This document shows, one piece after another, positions 1-10,780 of a stretch of DNA of 64,000 bases. The DNA lies in NCBI GenBank assembly GCA_963708295.1, contig CAVPSJ010000018.1:1-64000 (forward strand). The letters run 5' to 3'. The stretch comes from an uncultured delta proteobacterium. Lineage in GTDB: Bacteria; Desulfobacterota; BSN033; UBA1163. Each line of letters starts with the position of its first letter. Position 1 is the stretch's first letter. A program made the position numbers and the translations under genes. The notes under the pieces are model-generated. The model had not been told where the DNA came from and did not search any database. It was given only the letters and a program-made list of their open reading frames with translations.

Positions 1-188
1 CCGCAACAGCCTCCGGAACCGGGTTCAGTACGTCCATGCGACGGGGCGATGACCGTATTGTGAGCGGACAGAAGCTTTGTCAGATCCTCACTCCCGCACT
101 GCTTGCAGCGCAGGGATTCCTCTCTTTTCAGAATAAGAAATTCATTAACTTGACCGCATTTCTCACAACGATACTCATAAATCGGCAT
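1..188 (-). CDS. FmdB-family zinc-ribbon protein (runs off window start)
   Basis: Manual translation from ATG 188: MPIYEYRCEKCGQVNEFL...LRCKQCGSEDLTKLLS...GGCC; MPIYEYxC plus two CxxC motifs; RBS AAAGGAG. Not in ORF track. Confidence 0.85.
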   Translation of the reverse strand, partial: MPIYEYRCEKCGQVNEFLILKREESLRCKQCGSEDLTKLLSAHNTVIAPSHGRTEPGSGGCC

Positions 189-267
189 ATCTTCTCCTTT
201 ACGTTAGCAGACGCAACACCCTGCCTGCCTATTAGCGCTAATCTTTTTGTTTCACTTCAAGCTCGTT

Positions 268-646
268 TTAGTGCCCGCATCCTCCCTGATGAGCTCGGCA
301 GGAATTGTTGACAGAAAGTTCCTGGAGCTTGTTTTCACTCAACAAGGCTCAAGATTCTCTTTCACCGTTGGAGCCGCCCGCTCCATATACCTTTATCCCC
401 AAAGCGTTTAATTTGGTCAATGGCGCCTGCTCCTATCCCACCGACCACCATGGCCTCCACACTCTTCCCATCAAGAGCCATAATCGGGTTGCATGCTCCG
501 TGGACATGGTGCAAGTCCTGATTATTCACCGTCAGAACATCTTTTCCCTCGGTATCGACGATGATAAACGCCGGCGCCGAACCAAAATGGTCATAAACCC
601 TGCTCTCAACTCCATCATTCCCTTGAACCGCAAAACCTACCTTCAT
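268..646 (-). CDS. NifB/NifX-family (dinitrogenase FeMo-cofactor-binding domain) protein, frameshifted
   Basis: HFGSAPAFIIVD, HxHGACNP, VVGGIGAGA motifs; the C-terminus (..LLSENKLQELSVNNSCRAHQGGCGH*) continues in other frames to TAA at 268. Confidence 0.8.
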
Positions 647-742
647 GACTTTCTCCTTTCTCCTTTAGAATAACGTGACCGTGTCCGTGTTTCGTGTCCG
701 TAAGTCCTCGTTTATACAGTTCTTCAAAGGCATCAACCTAAT

Positions 743-1219
743 TTACTTTTGCTGAGTTCTACGGCAACACCTGCCTTGTCCTCTTCCGGCCCCTCTGGCA
801 TACCCTCTGTCTTCCTCCGCCCTGCGAATGTTATCGCTTTTGCAGGAAGGACAGTTCTCCGGCCTACCCGTTCCATAAGGTAAGTCCCAAGCGTGCTGGC
901 AGTCAGAACACTTAAATTTTCTCATCGAAGCCATTTCAAATTCACCTCCTTCAATCTTGAGCGCCTTGCCTTTAACCAATGCCTCGGCCACCTTTTTATG
1001 CGCCGATTCGATAATCCGCCCAAAGGTCTGACGGGAGACCTTCATCTTTTCCGCTGCCTGCTCCTGATATAAACTCTCAAGATCAGCAAGCCTGATCGCT
1101 TCACACTCGTCAACCGTTAAAACGACTTCTTCCAGCATGGAAAGCGGAATACCTCTCGGTTTAAAGTAATTGCTTTCAGGGATGGAACCCACTCGCCTGC
1201 AATTTCTTGGCCTTGCCAT
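743..1219 (-). CDS. DUF134/UPF0251 HTH DNA-binding protein with C-terminal zinc ribbon
   Basis: MARPRNCRRV..FKPRGIP..EAIRLAD..QEQAAEKMKVSRQTFGRI..ALVKGKALKIEGG; CSDC..CPSC. Confidence 0.9.
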   Translation of the reverse strand: MARPRNCRRVGSIPESNYFKPRGIPLSMLEEVVLTVDECEAIRLADLESLYQEQAAEKMKVSRQTFGRIIESAHKKVAEALVKGKALKIEGGEFEMASMRKFKCSDCQHAWDLPYGTGRPENCPSCKSDNIRRAEEDRGYARGAGRGQGRCCRRTQQK

Positions 1220-1242
1220 TCGAAACTCCTCCTCTCGGAACT

Positions 1243-1272
1243 AATTATAAGCATATGCTCATAATTTGTCAA
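1243..1272 (-). promoter_or_regulatory. Palindromic operator abutting the -35 box of the DUF134 gene
   Basis: AATTATAAGCATATGCTCATAATT (1243-1266, one mismatch) next to minus-strand TTGACA (1267-1272). Confidence 0.7.
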
Positions 1273-1390
1273 GCCCCGATGTGTGTAAGAATTTTTTTCC
1301 ATTGGGCTTGGTAAATCAACACAATCTTCCTAATGAGGATCTGCTGGAAAATCTATAATGGAAGGCATCGCGGTGACGGGGAACATGTCG

Positions 1391-1999
1391 TTAGGCTTTA
1401 TGCCGCTCTGCGCAGGGAATACACAGCTTCTTGCCATTGCTACTCCGCAAGAGATCCGCCTTGGTCGGCTCCCCGCAGAAATCACAAATTTTAGACTCCA
1501 TCACCCTGGCCTTGGCGGGAATGTCTGCGGAGATTTCCTCAATCTTGAACAAAGACTCAGGATCAGCCTCGAGGACTTTTTGGATCCGGTCCTGCTGGAG
1601 GTGTGTGAAACGCTCTTTTTCCTCTGCCGATGCCTCGTCACTCTGAACCTTTCTGGAAAGGGAGAGATATTCCGGGTCAGACTCGAAAACGCCAGGCAGG
1701 AGAGACACGCGTATCCCCTTTCGTTTCCCTCTGTCCATCAGGGAAAAAGCATGTTTCCCGTAGTTCTTAAAGATGAAGTTTCCCTTACCGAAAGTGCAAC
1801 CCGTCATCACCTGAATGGCATCCGCGCCGCAGGCATCCGTTTCCACGGTTGCAAGCAACTCTTCATCGGGCGCCTTCCGCACGTCCAACCGTTTCATAAG
1901 GGTCTTCGCCGCTTGGAATCCAATGGCCAATCCAGGACACGTGTGGCCGTGAAATTGGACACATCTCGTAAAATCACCGCTCGAGAAAATCTCTTCCAT
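1391..1999 (-). CDS. FmdE-family protein with C-terminal C4 zinc finger
   Basis: FHGHTCPGLAIG, VETDACGADAIQ, TGCTFGKGN; CDFC..CIPC. Confidence 0.9.
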   Translation of the reverse strand: MEEIFSSGDFTRCVQFHGHTCPGLAIGFQAAKTLMKRLDVRKAPDEELLATVETDACGADAIQVMTGCTFGKGNFIFKNYGKHAFSLMDRGKRKGIRVSLLPGVFESDPEYLSLSRKVQSDEASAEEKERFTHLQQDRIQKVLEADPESLFKIEEISADIPAKARVMESKICDFCGEPTKADLLRSSNGKKLCIPCAERHKA

Positions 2000-2028
2000 C
2001 TCTCATTATCTTTTCCTCGCCCCTTTTC

Positions 2029-2223
2029 TTAGCCTCTCTTGACATCGTTGATTGATCGAAGGAGATCTTTTTTTCCCTTGAGCTCCTCCTCTTTTTTTTC
2101 AAGCAGCTGAATGATCTCATACCTCACCGAATGAGGGGGAATGCTCTTTTCTATCTCCTTAATTTCACTTTCAAGTTCTTCGATCTCCTTTAAAAGGCTG
2201 CCCTTCTCTGCATCCAAACCCAT
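2029..2223 (-). CDS. Small coiled-coil hypothetical protein
   Basis: 64 aa, E/K/L-rich helices around an IPPHSVR turn; 4 nt after the RND stop. Confidence 0.65.
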   Translation of the reverse strand: MGLDAEKGSLLKEIEELESEIKEIEKSIPPHSVRYEIIQLLEKKEEELKGKKDLLRSINDVKRG

Positions 2224-2227
2224 ATCG

Positions 2228-5200
2228 TTAAGATCCTTTCTTCCGCTCGCTCAAGTAGAAGAGGATCGGAACCGTCATCCGCGAAAGGAAGAGAGAAGCC
2301 ACCTCCCCGGCCATCAGAGAGAGGGCAAGACCCTGAAAGATGGGGTCGAAGAGAATCACAGACGATCCCACGATGACCGCGGCCGCCGTGAGCATCATGG
2401 GACGAAAACGGACCGCCCCCGCATCGACCACGGCATCGGCCAGGGGCATTCCCTGCCTGAGCCTGAGTTCGATGAAGTCTACCAGGATAATCGAATTCCG
2501 GACTACAATCCCTGCGCCGGCGATAAAACCGATCATGGAGGTTGCCGTAAAGAAGGCCCCCATAAGCGCATGGGCCGGCAGTATTCCTACCAGGGAGAAC
2601 GGAATGGCTGCCATGATCGTGACAGGTGTCTTAAAGGACTGGAACCATCCGACCACCAGAATGTAGATCAGAACCAGCACGGCGGCAAATGCCAGGCCGA
2701 GGTCCCTGAAAACTTCGTACGAGATATGCCATTCCCCATCCCACTTCATGGCATATTTCAAGGCGGAGAAGGGTTGCTGTGAAACATACTTTTCAAGCCG
2801 GTACCCCTCGGGAAGCTTAAGTCGATCGAGGACCTTATTCATTTTGAGAATGGCATAGAGGGGACTCTCCTCCTGTCCCGCCACATCGCCCGTCACGTAG
2901 ACCACGGGCATCAGGTTCTTGTGGTAAATGCTCTTGTCGGCAACCGCCTTCTCCACACGGACCAGTTCTCTCAGGGGGATGAGATTCCCTCTTTGGCCCA
3001 TCACCTTGATCTGTTTCAAGTCTTCCACGCTCGACCGCTCGTCACGGGGCAGCCGCAGATAAATAACGACATCCTCTTTTTCCGTCTCCTGATGAAGGAT
3101 GCCCGCCCCCATTCCTGTGACGGCTATGCGAAGGCTGTTCGAAACCTGCTCGGGAGTGACCCCGTTGAGCGAGGCCTTTTCCTTGTCCACGACAAACCGG
3201 TACTTGGGATGGTCCGCCTCAACATACCAGTCGACATCCACTACCCCGGAGGTCTTGTCAAAGATATCCCGGATCTGGCGTGCAATCTCGACCTGCCGAT
3301 CATAATCCGGGCCATAGACCTCGGCCACGAGGGTCTGGAGGACTGGAGGCCCCGGAGGGACCTCCGCAACCTTGATCCGAGCCTTATATACGGCGCCGAT
3401 CTCGTCAATCCTGGGTCGCACCCGCTTTGCAATGTCATGACTCTGTGCCTTCCGTTCCCCTTTGGGCAGGAGGTTGACCTGAATGTCCGCTTCATGAGGC
3501 CCTCTCCTGAGAAAGGTGTGGCGAACAAGGCCGTTAAAATTGTAAGGCGAGGCCGTGCCCACATACATCTGGTAGTTCGTGACCTCCGGCACGGTGCGGA
3601 TATAGTCGCCGATCTCGCGCGTGACGGATGCCGTCTGTTCCAATGTAGACCCCGCAGGCATATCAATGATGATCTGGAATTCGCTCTTGTTGTCAAAGGG
3701 TAGCATTTTGACCCGGACAACCTTGAAGGCGAAGAGCGAGAGGGTTGCCAGGAGCAGAACGACCACAAGGACGAGAAACCCGTTGCGCCAGAAAGGGGAA
3801 TGGATGAGGGGGGTCATGACCCTGCGATAGAGCTTTGTGCTCCAACTCTCCGCCCCATGGCCTGCTTTCCCCTCTTTCTTGAGGAGGCGAAGGCTCGCCC
3901 ACGGCGTCACGATAAAAGCCACGATCAGGGAAAAGAGCATTGCTGCTGAGGCGCCCACGGGAATCGGCCGCATGTACGGGCCCATCAGCCCCCGCACAAA
4001 GGCCATGGGGATGATGGCGGCGATCACGGTGAAGGTGGCGAGGATCGTCGGGTTCCCGACTTCGTCAACAGCCTCGGCTGCCACTTCGAGGATCGATCGG
4101 TCCCGGTTTTCAGGCAAGCGATAATGACGGACGATGTTTTCGACGACGACGATGGCATCATCCACCAGGATACCGATGGAAAAGATCAGGGCAAACAGCG
4201 TGACGCGATTCAGGGTATAGCCGTAAAGGTAAAGAAGAGCCAGGGTGAGGGCCAGCGTGACCGGGATGGCAATGGCAACGATACCCGATTCCCTCAGTCC
4301 CAGGGTCACCATGATCAAGATCGAAACGGAGACGATGGCGATCAGCATGTGAAACAGCAGTTCATTCGACTTCTCCTCCGCCGTCTCTCCGTAGTTACGT
4401 GTCACCGTCACCGTGACATCGCTCGGGATCATGACCCCTTTGACCAGGTCGACCTTCTTCAGGACCCTGTCCGCAACCTGGATCGCGTTCGTTCCCTTTC
4501 TTTTGGCAACGGTGAGGGTAACAGCAGGTAAGGCCGAAGAGACCGAGATATTTCCCCGGCTCTTAGGAGAGACGTTTGTTCCTTGGCTCATCAAGACATA
4601 ATCCGCCGGTTCTTCAGGTCCGTCTGCGATCTTGGCAATATCTCGCAGGAAGACGGGTCGCTGGTTGAACGCGCCTACCACGACGCTTCCCACTTCTTCG
4701 GCGGTGCGGAGGAAACCGCCGGTATCGACCAGAAACTCCCGGTTGTCGCTCGAAAAACTTCCCGAGGCGAGCTGGCGGTTCTGCTGGTCGAGAATGGGGA
4801 TCACGGCGGCCGGAGCAAGATGGTAGGCTGCCATTCTGGACGCTGTCGAGGATGACCCGGACTTGCCGACGCTGTCCCCCGATGATCTTCACCTCCGAGA
4901 CGTCGACTACCTGTTTGATCTGGTCGTAGACCTGGGCCGCAATTCTTCGGAGTGTGAAATGGTCATAGCGATCGCTCGACAGCGTAAGCGCGAGGATCGG
5001 GACATCGTCAATGGAACGGGGCTTGATGAGGGGCTGGCTTGCGCCCGGCGGGATCAGGTCGAAGTTGGCAAACATCTTCTGATTAAGCTTGACGATGCTC
5101 TTTTCCTCATCCTCCCCGACTCGAAACCGGACGACGGCCATCGAAAAACCCGGCGATGATGTGGAGTAGATATACTCAACCCCGGGGATCTCCCAGAGGA

Positions 5201-5430
5201 GTTGCTCCATGGGCCTCGTCACCCGCTCTTCAACCTCTTTGGCCGATGCCCCCGGCATCTGCGACGAAGAGATCGATCATCGGCACGATGATCTGAGGCT
5301 CTTCCTCCCTCGGAAGCATCAGTACCGCCCCCACGCCGAGGAGTATCGAAGCGGCGATAATGAGGGGAGTCAGTTTTGAATCAATAAAGGCATGGGCAAA
5401 CTTTCCTGCGAATCCAAGTTTTTCCTTCAT
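2228..5430 (-). CDS. RND efflux permease (AcrB/CusA superfamily), two frameshifts
   Basis: Three ORF pieces (5230-5451, 4614-5258, 2228-4834) join into one RND protein: [43 protein letters not shown]. Confidence 0.9.
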
Positions 5431-5453
5431 TCCTGTCGTCACCTTCCCCAAAA

Positions 5454-6662
5454 TTACTCGATCCGGTCCCCTTCTTTTACTCTTTCGATTCCTTCTACAA
5501 CGATCCGGTCTCCATCGTTCAGTCCGGATAGCACTTCCAGCTGATCGCCGTACTGCTTTCCAGTCTTGATCAACCTCAAATGGAGGATTTGGGAGGAATC
5601 CACGACGAAGACGCTGACCAGCTGACCGCGCTGCAAAATTGCCTTCAGAGGAACCGCAAGGATCTGTTTCTCCCCGATGGGAAAACGGGCCCTCCCATAC
5701 AGGCCGGAGCGAAGGACGGCCTGGCTCCCAGAGGTCTCCTTCACGTCCAACAGGTCGATCTTCACCGTCGAACTCCGGCTTCCGGGGTCCGAAGCAGGAA
5801 CAATCTCCGTCACTCGCCTTGAGAACTCCCGCGGTCCGACGGCATCGATGGAGATCTGAGAGGGACTTCCGAGGCGAATCCGTCCCAGCATGGAATCCTC
5901 CACGGAGACCTCAAGACGGTAGCGGGAGTTATCTTCAACCGTCAGCAGGGGGACCCCCGGAGCAGCAAGGAGTCCGATGTCAGCCTGTTTGGAAACGACG
6001 ACACCATTCATCGGAGAAGTAATCCGTCCATAGCCAACATAGATCTGAGCACGGGTGATGTCTGCCTTCGCCTGCTCCATCTTTGCAAGAACTTGACTCT
6101 TCCTGGCAATGAGGGCTTGAAGCATTCTTCGTGCCCGGTCCGCCTCTGCTTCCGCGATCTTCATCTTCGCTTGAACCTCATCAAATTCCTGCTGACTGGC
6201 CGACTTCTGTTCAAGCAGGGCCTTGTAGCGATTAAACGTGGCCAGAGCAAGGGATCTTCCGGCCTCAGCAGCCTCTCTTGCAGCCTCGGCAGCGTGAATG
6301 TTCTGTTCAATTTCCTCCAACCCTTCCTGGACCTCGTGAAGTCCTGCCTCCGCCTTCTGAAGCTGGGACCGGGAGTCTCGATCATCAATTTCAATGAGCA
6401 GCTGCCCTGTCTGGACGCGATCCCCTTCACGAACATGGACCGCAAGAATATTGCCCACCATCTTGGAAGAAAGATTACTCGTGGTCTTCGATCGTACCGT
6501 GCCCACAGCTTCATACCCCTCCTCGACGGGGGATAACTTGATCGTTTCAATCCTCGCCCCATGGATCGTGGCTGGTTTCTCGGCGACTCCTTGCTCCCTT
6601 TTCCCACACCCCGTGACAAAAAAGACAAGGAGAATGATGATGATGATCCATTCCCTTCTCAT
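5454..6662 (-). CDS. RND membrane fusion lipoprotein
   Basis: Lipobox VTGC; [13 protein letters not shown] lipoyl half, coiled coil, [21 protein letters not shown]. Confidence 0.92.
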   Translation of the reverse strand: MRREWIIIIILLVFFVTGCGKREQGVAEKPATIHGARIETIKLSPVEEGYEAVGTVRSKTTSNLSSKMVGNILAVHVREGDRVQTGQLLIEIDDRDSRSQLQKAEAGLHEVQEGLEEIEQNIHAAEAAREAAEAGRSLALATFNRYKALLEQKSASQQEFDEVQAKMKIAEAEADRARRMLQALIARKSQVLAKMEQAKADITRAQIYVGYGRITSPMNGVVVSKQADIGLLAAPGVPLLTVEDNSRYRLEVSVEDSMLGRIRLGSPSQISIDAVGPREFSRRVTEIVPASDPGSRSSTVKIDLLDVKETSGSQAVLRSGLYGRARFPIGEKQILAVPLKAILQRGQLVSVFVVDSSQILHLRLIKTGKQYGDQLEVLSGLNDGDRIVVEGIERVKEGDRIE

Positions 6663-6702
6663 AGACTCCTCCCTCTGTTCCCCATCTTTAATCGGCGCCC
6701 AC

Positions 6703-8091
6703 TCATGAGAGAAATGGTTGAATATCAGTCAGCTTCCCCGCCGATAGAAGAAGATGGGCGTAGCTGACATAATGATCGCTCCGGGCTGCAATCAGATTGA
6801 GACGGGCCCGCAGCAGGGCTGTTTCCGACCTCAAGACTTCGGTGATGGTCGTGAGGCCTTCCCGGTAGCGGTTTTGGACGATCCGATGTGTTTCCGCAGC
6901 TTGGTCGATCACCTGTCCTGCTACCGCGAGGCGACCACGGGCTGTAAGATGTTGTTGGTAGGCCCTGACCACTTCGAGGCGGATCTCATTGGCAAGGCGT
7001 TCTTGTTCGGCGGTAGCCATGGATTCCGCCGCCTTTGCCTTTTCAATCCTTGCTTGGCGGCCGGGATCGAAAAGGTTAAAGGTAAGGCTTGCGCTGATCG
7101 TATAGTCTGAGCTCCCGCTTGACAAATCATTTCCGCTCATGCCGTAGTTACCGAAGATGTCCAACCGCGGGAGATACTCTCTTTTTGCCCCGACCACGCC
7201 TTCCTTATTTGAGAGAACGTTATAACCCGCTCGGAGATAATCCGGCCGCTGCAGCAGGGCCAGGCGGACCAACTCTTCCTGACTTGCTGTCTCAAATCGC
7301 TTATCCGCCAATTCATCCGCGACTTTCTGTAACGTCTCGACGGGAAGACCCAGCACCGTATTCAGAGCCGCATAGGCGATCGCCACATCCCCTTCAGAAT
7401 CGATTTGTTGCTGACGGAATTCTGCGAGTTGCACCTCGGCGGCCAAGAGGTCCGACTCAACCGCCAACCCGGTCTTGAACCTGTCTTGGATGCGTTTCAT
7501 ATCCGATTCTGCCATCTTCACCGCTTCTTCCGTAACACCCTTTTTTGCATGGGCAACAAGAACCCCGTAATAAGTGCGGATCACCTCAAAACGGATCTGT
7601 TGTTCAACCATTGCCCTCTGCAGGTCCGCTTGCTGCTGACCGAGGCTGGCCTGTTTCACACGGGTATATGTTTGAAGTTGATCAAAAAACGTTTGCCTGA
7701 GGATGAGCGCTGTCCGGAAGTTGCTGAGAGGTTCAGGGTTGTTTAACGCGGGAAGGCTGAAATTCGATTGGGTAAACCGTGCCTGCTCCAGAAGGGAGCC
7801 AAAAACAAAGACAGGATTATTTCCTCTCGTAAAAGTTTCGCTGAACTGGAGAAGCGGGAACCAACCCGCTCGGACCTCTCTTAACTGCGCGTCGGCTATT
7901 TGGCGACCGGAAAGCGCCATCCGAATGAGAGGGTTGCTCTTCAGAGCCGTCTCGCATGCCGCGGACAGCGTTAATACCTTTGGCTCGTCTGCACGGGACG
8001 GCGGAACAGAAAAAGTGTACTCCAATGCCTGCAAGCAGAAGAAGATGAAAAAGAAAAGAAGGGTCTTATGGATGAAACGATGAATCTGCAT
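6703..8091 (-). CDS. TolC-family outer membrane protein
   Basis: Signal peptide, ALKSNP, YLPRLD, RYREGLTTITEVL; RBS GGAGGAG before ATG 8091. Confidence 0.9.
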   Translation of the reverse strand: MQIHRFIHKTLLFFFIFFCLQALEYTFSVPPSRADEPKVLTLSAACETALKSNPLIRMALSGRQIADAQLREVRAGWFPLLQFSETFTRGNNPVFVFGSLLEQARFTQSNFSLPALNNPEPLSNFRTALILRQTFFDQLQTYTRVKQASLGQQQADLQRAMVEQQIRFEVIRTYYGVLVAHAKKGVTEEAVKMAESDMKRIQDRFKTGLAVESDLLAAEVQLAEFRQQQIDSEGDVAIAYAALNTVLGLPVETLQKVADELADKRFETASQEELVRLALLQRPDYLRAGYNVLSNKEGVVGAKREYLPRLDIFGNYGMSGNDLSSGSSDYTISASLTFNLFDPGRQARIEKAKAAESMATAEQERLANEIRLEVVRAYQQHLTARGRLAVAGQVIDQAAETHRIVQNRYREGLTTITEVLRSETALLRARLNLIAARSDHYVSYAHLLLSAGKLTDIQPFLS

Positions 8092-8248
8092 GGTATTCTC
8101 TCCTCCGGGGTTGTACGGGCATCTTTCGCCTTTCCTCCCTATCACCAAAGTCCTTTTTTGCTAAGATATAAAAAAAACTGTTGCGCTGCGAGGTAAAGCT
8201 TGCTTGCCAGCACAGGCAAGCTCATCAGATCAGCAATTTCCTAACCTT

Positions 8249-8458
8249 CTAATATTTAAAGGTATCGCCGCTGGCTTTTGCGCCAAAGGCTTTCAAGATC
8301 TTAGCCAGTGGGCAGAAACCCGTAAAGGCTGACTGGAGCAGATTGGCGCCGACAAAGGCGGTGAACAGTAGCCAGTACGGGCTCAAAAGCAGGGACAAGA
8401 CGATGCTGATTAAGATGAAGCTACCGGCAAAAGCCAATACCATTCGTTCAACGGACAT
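8249..8458 (-). CDS. DUF2892/YgaP-like small membrane protein
   Basis: ERMVLAFAG..FVGANLLQSAFTGFCPL signature. Confidence 0.9.
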   Translation of the reverse strand: MSVERMVLAFAGSFILISIVLSLLLSPYWLLFTAFVGANLLQSAFTGFCPLAKILKAFGAKASGDTFKY

Positions 8459-8768
8459 TTCTCGCTTCTCCTTGGATGAACGATTCGACTCTCCAGGTGA
8501 AGGATTAAAACAGGAAAAAACACACCCCCTCCCCTTTTTTCCGCTAACAGCTTCTTATTCTGCTACTTTTTTCTCTCACAAAGCTGATGGGCACATAAAT
8601 GGGGTAAACCCGTTATTTTAATTTGCGAAACACAGTAATTTAGGGACCCGGAAAGCAGGTCATTTTTCATCCCCTGTGACCCCATCCTGGGCCGGGAACT
8701 GGGCTTCCCAGCCCCGGGAAACCCTCTCTTTAAGTTCTTACGCGCTAACCCTTCCGCTCGCCCAACGA

Positions 8769-9065
8769 TTAGCAGGAGCTTTTCCCCGGAAAGGATAATT
8801 GGAACCCTTTCGCCCAGGGACGATCCTTGTAGTCGATCAAGAGTTTTCCGTAGGATCGAATGAGGTCCGCAACCTCGGAGTCCACGATAAGGGAGAAACC
8901 TTCCGCTTCAATTATTTCATCATTTGCTTTTGGCTCATCCAGAGTCAGACCCATTCTGGGCCCGCCTCAGCCCATACCGCTTACAAAAACGCGAAACATA
9001 CTCTTTTTACCGCTTTGAAGCGCCCCCTTTAATTTTTCGATAGCCCGTTTTGAAATGCCGATCAT
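8769..9065 (-). CDS. HesB/IscA-like selenoprotein (TGA = Sec at codon 33)
   Basis: ATG 9065 with RBS GAAAGGAG gives MIGISKRAIEKLKGALQSGKKSMFRVFVSGMG-TGA(8967-8969)-GGPRMGLTLDEP...SSC; the frame is continuous across TGA; CCAGA/TCTGG hairpin follows. Confidence 0.88.
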
Positions 9066-9160
9066 CTTTCCGTCTCCTTTCAATAGCGTCTCGGTGAGCC
9101 TGTTTCCTCGGCCCTATCCTGATCATCCCCCCGTCCACGGAGTCCCATGGGTTGTTTACC

Positions 9161-9212
9161 ATACCCCCCTATGGTATTTAGGCATTTTAATCTTTGCTTT
9201 TATATTTGTCAA
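9161..9212 (-). promoter_or_regulatory. Sigma70 promoter with CsoR/RcnR/CstR-type operator
   Basis: TTGACA(9212-9207)-17-TAAAAT(9189-9184); ATACCCCCCTATGGTAT (9161-9177) has ATACC/GGTAT arms around a C-tract. Confidence 0.7.
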
Positions 9213-9356
9213 GGAAAAGTTTTGGAAAAGTCTTGATTCATTTCTCCCCTGCCTTGTCCCCATACAGAATCCATTGAGCGAGCCTTCTAACCCAATCGCT
9301 TCTTCCTCTTATTCTCCTTGTTGACAATTCTCCACCAATGTTTTTAATATGGAGGC

Positions 9357-10697
9357 ATGCGGTTCCTGATAACTCTTTTCGTCCTCTTTATCACGACCCC
9401 GTCTTTCCCAGGAACGGTGCACGAATCCCCTTCTCAGATATGGAAAGTAGGGGACCGCCGATGGAATGTCGAGGAGGAGCTTCGATTCGGCAAATGGGCG
9501 AAGGAAAATCTGACCGAGGATTTCTTCATACGTTATAAAATCCCCGTGGATTGCGCAGACGTCCCCTATGCCGTCCGATGGATCTACGCACGCATCGCCC
9601 ATCTCCCTGCTGCGGCCACAACGAAGGATGGCCAATTGATCGGTCACTGGTCCACGGAATGGGGGAAACTACCGACCCATTCGGAGTGGGACAAAGATCT
9701 TCGGTTTCGCAAAGCCCTCCTTCACATGCTTTCGGAGACGACCACTCGGACCCTGCCCCTGGACACCTACCCTGTCCGGATTCATCCGGATTCGCTTATT
9801 CCGGGAACGGTTTTTTTCATTACAGAGTCCCATTCAGGGGTGATCGGTCGGGTGGTCTTGGACGGGAGTACCGTCCATCCTCTTCAGACATGGGAGGCGA
9901 CATCCCCCGTCCATCTTCAAAAGATGAGTCTGAGGGATTTCTTGACCCCAAGACCGGAATCTACGATATACTCTGGTTTGGTCAAATTTCGTTGGCCCCT
10001 CTTTGAAAACGGAAAGTGGAAATATCTTCCCGTCACGAGCCATCCCTTCTATTCATTGGAACAATATTCATCCGGCTTCACGGAGGGCTATACCGATTTT
10101 GTCGAAGCGGTGGCGAAAAGAATTGATCCGGTCGCCTATCATCCCCGGGATAAGATGGAAAAGGTTCTGGAGCATACGGTCCAGTATGTCAGAGAGAGGA
10201 TTCCCATCGTCTTGGAAGGATACCAGCGGTGCCGAAAAGGGAAGTGCCCGGAAGGGTCGGATTCATGGGAAGTCTACAGTACCCCGAATCGCGATGGCAG
10301 GATTATACTGCTGATGGACCACCTTCGTCATCTCATTGAGTTCAACCGTCTCGACGAGGATGCTATCAAAGAAATGATGGAAGGCATTCCGATTCGTATC
10401 CAACCGAGTCAATCCGTCACTTTTTATCATCTTTATCGAAATTACCTCTGGCTCTCTCCTCAGCCGGAAGATTCTATCGAAGCCCGATGGGGATTAAAGA
10501 AATGCGATATCATTCTTTCCCGGATCCGAAGTACCGACAACTCCATTGCCTTCATTGAAAGGACTTATCGAAAAGCAGATCCCCACTATGCCGACTTTTC
10601 CGCACAGCAACAGAGGGAGATCGCTCGGAGACTCGTTGAAGAATGGGCTAAATCGGAATGCAAAATACTAACCCCTTCACCTTCAGAGAGAAAATAG
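9357..10697 (+). CDS. Exported hypothetical protein, possible papain/NlpC-P60-like fold
   Basis: N-terminal signal peptide; PVDCAD...ESHSGVI...WEAT could supply Cys-His-Glu. Confidence 0.6.
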   Translation: MRFLITLFVLFITTPSFPGTVHESPSQIWKVGDRRWNVEEELRFGKWAKENLTEDFFIRYKIPVDCADVPYAVRWIYARIAHLPAAATTKDGQLIGHWSTEWGKLPTHSEWDKDLRFRKALLHMLSETTTRTLPLDTYPVRIHPDSLIPGTVFFITESHSGVIGRVVLDGSTVHPLQTWEATSPVHLQKMSLRDFLTPRPESTIYSGLVKFRWPLFENGKWKYLPVTSHPFYSLEQYSSGFTEGYTDFVEAVAKRIDPVAYHPRDKMEKVLEHTVQYVRERIPIVLEGYQRCRKGKCPEGSDSWEVYSTPNRDGRIILLMDHLRHLIEFNRLDEDAIKEMMEGIPIRIQPSQSVTFYHLYRNYLWLSPQPEDSIEARWGLKKCDIILSRIRSTDNSIAFIERTYRKADPHYADFSAQQQREIARRLVEEWAKSECKILTPSPSERK

Positions 10698-10780
10698 AGG
10701 GATCAGACTTCCCCAAACATCCCGGGTAGGCTCCTCCCAGGTCAGGTGATCTGGATGAATCCGTTAGAAACTTTCTCGCG

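Noticed and set aside
2141-7746. Long plus-strand ORFs opposite the RND operon (likewise 29157-31674, 36142-37164, 56456-59743)
   Set aside because: Antisense or alternate-frame shadows of well-supported genes, without recognisable motifs.
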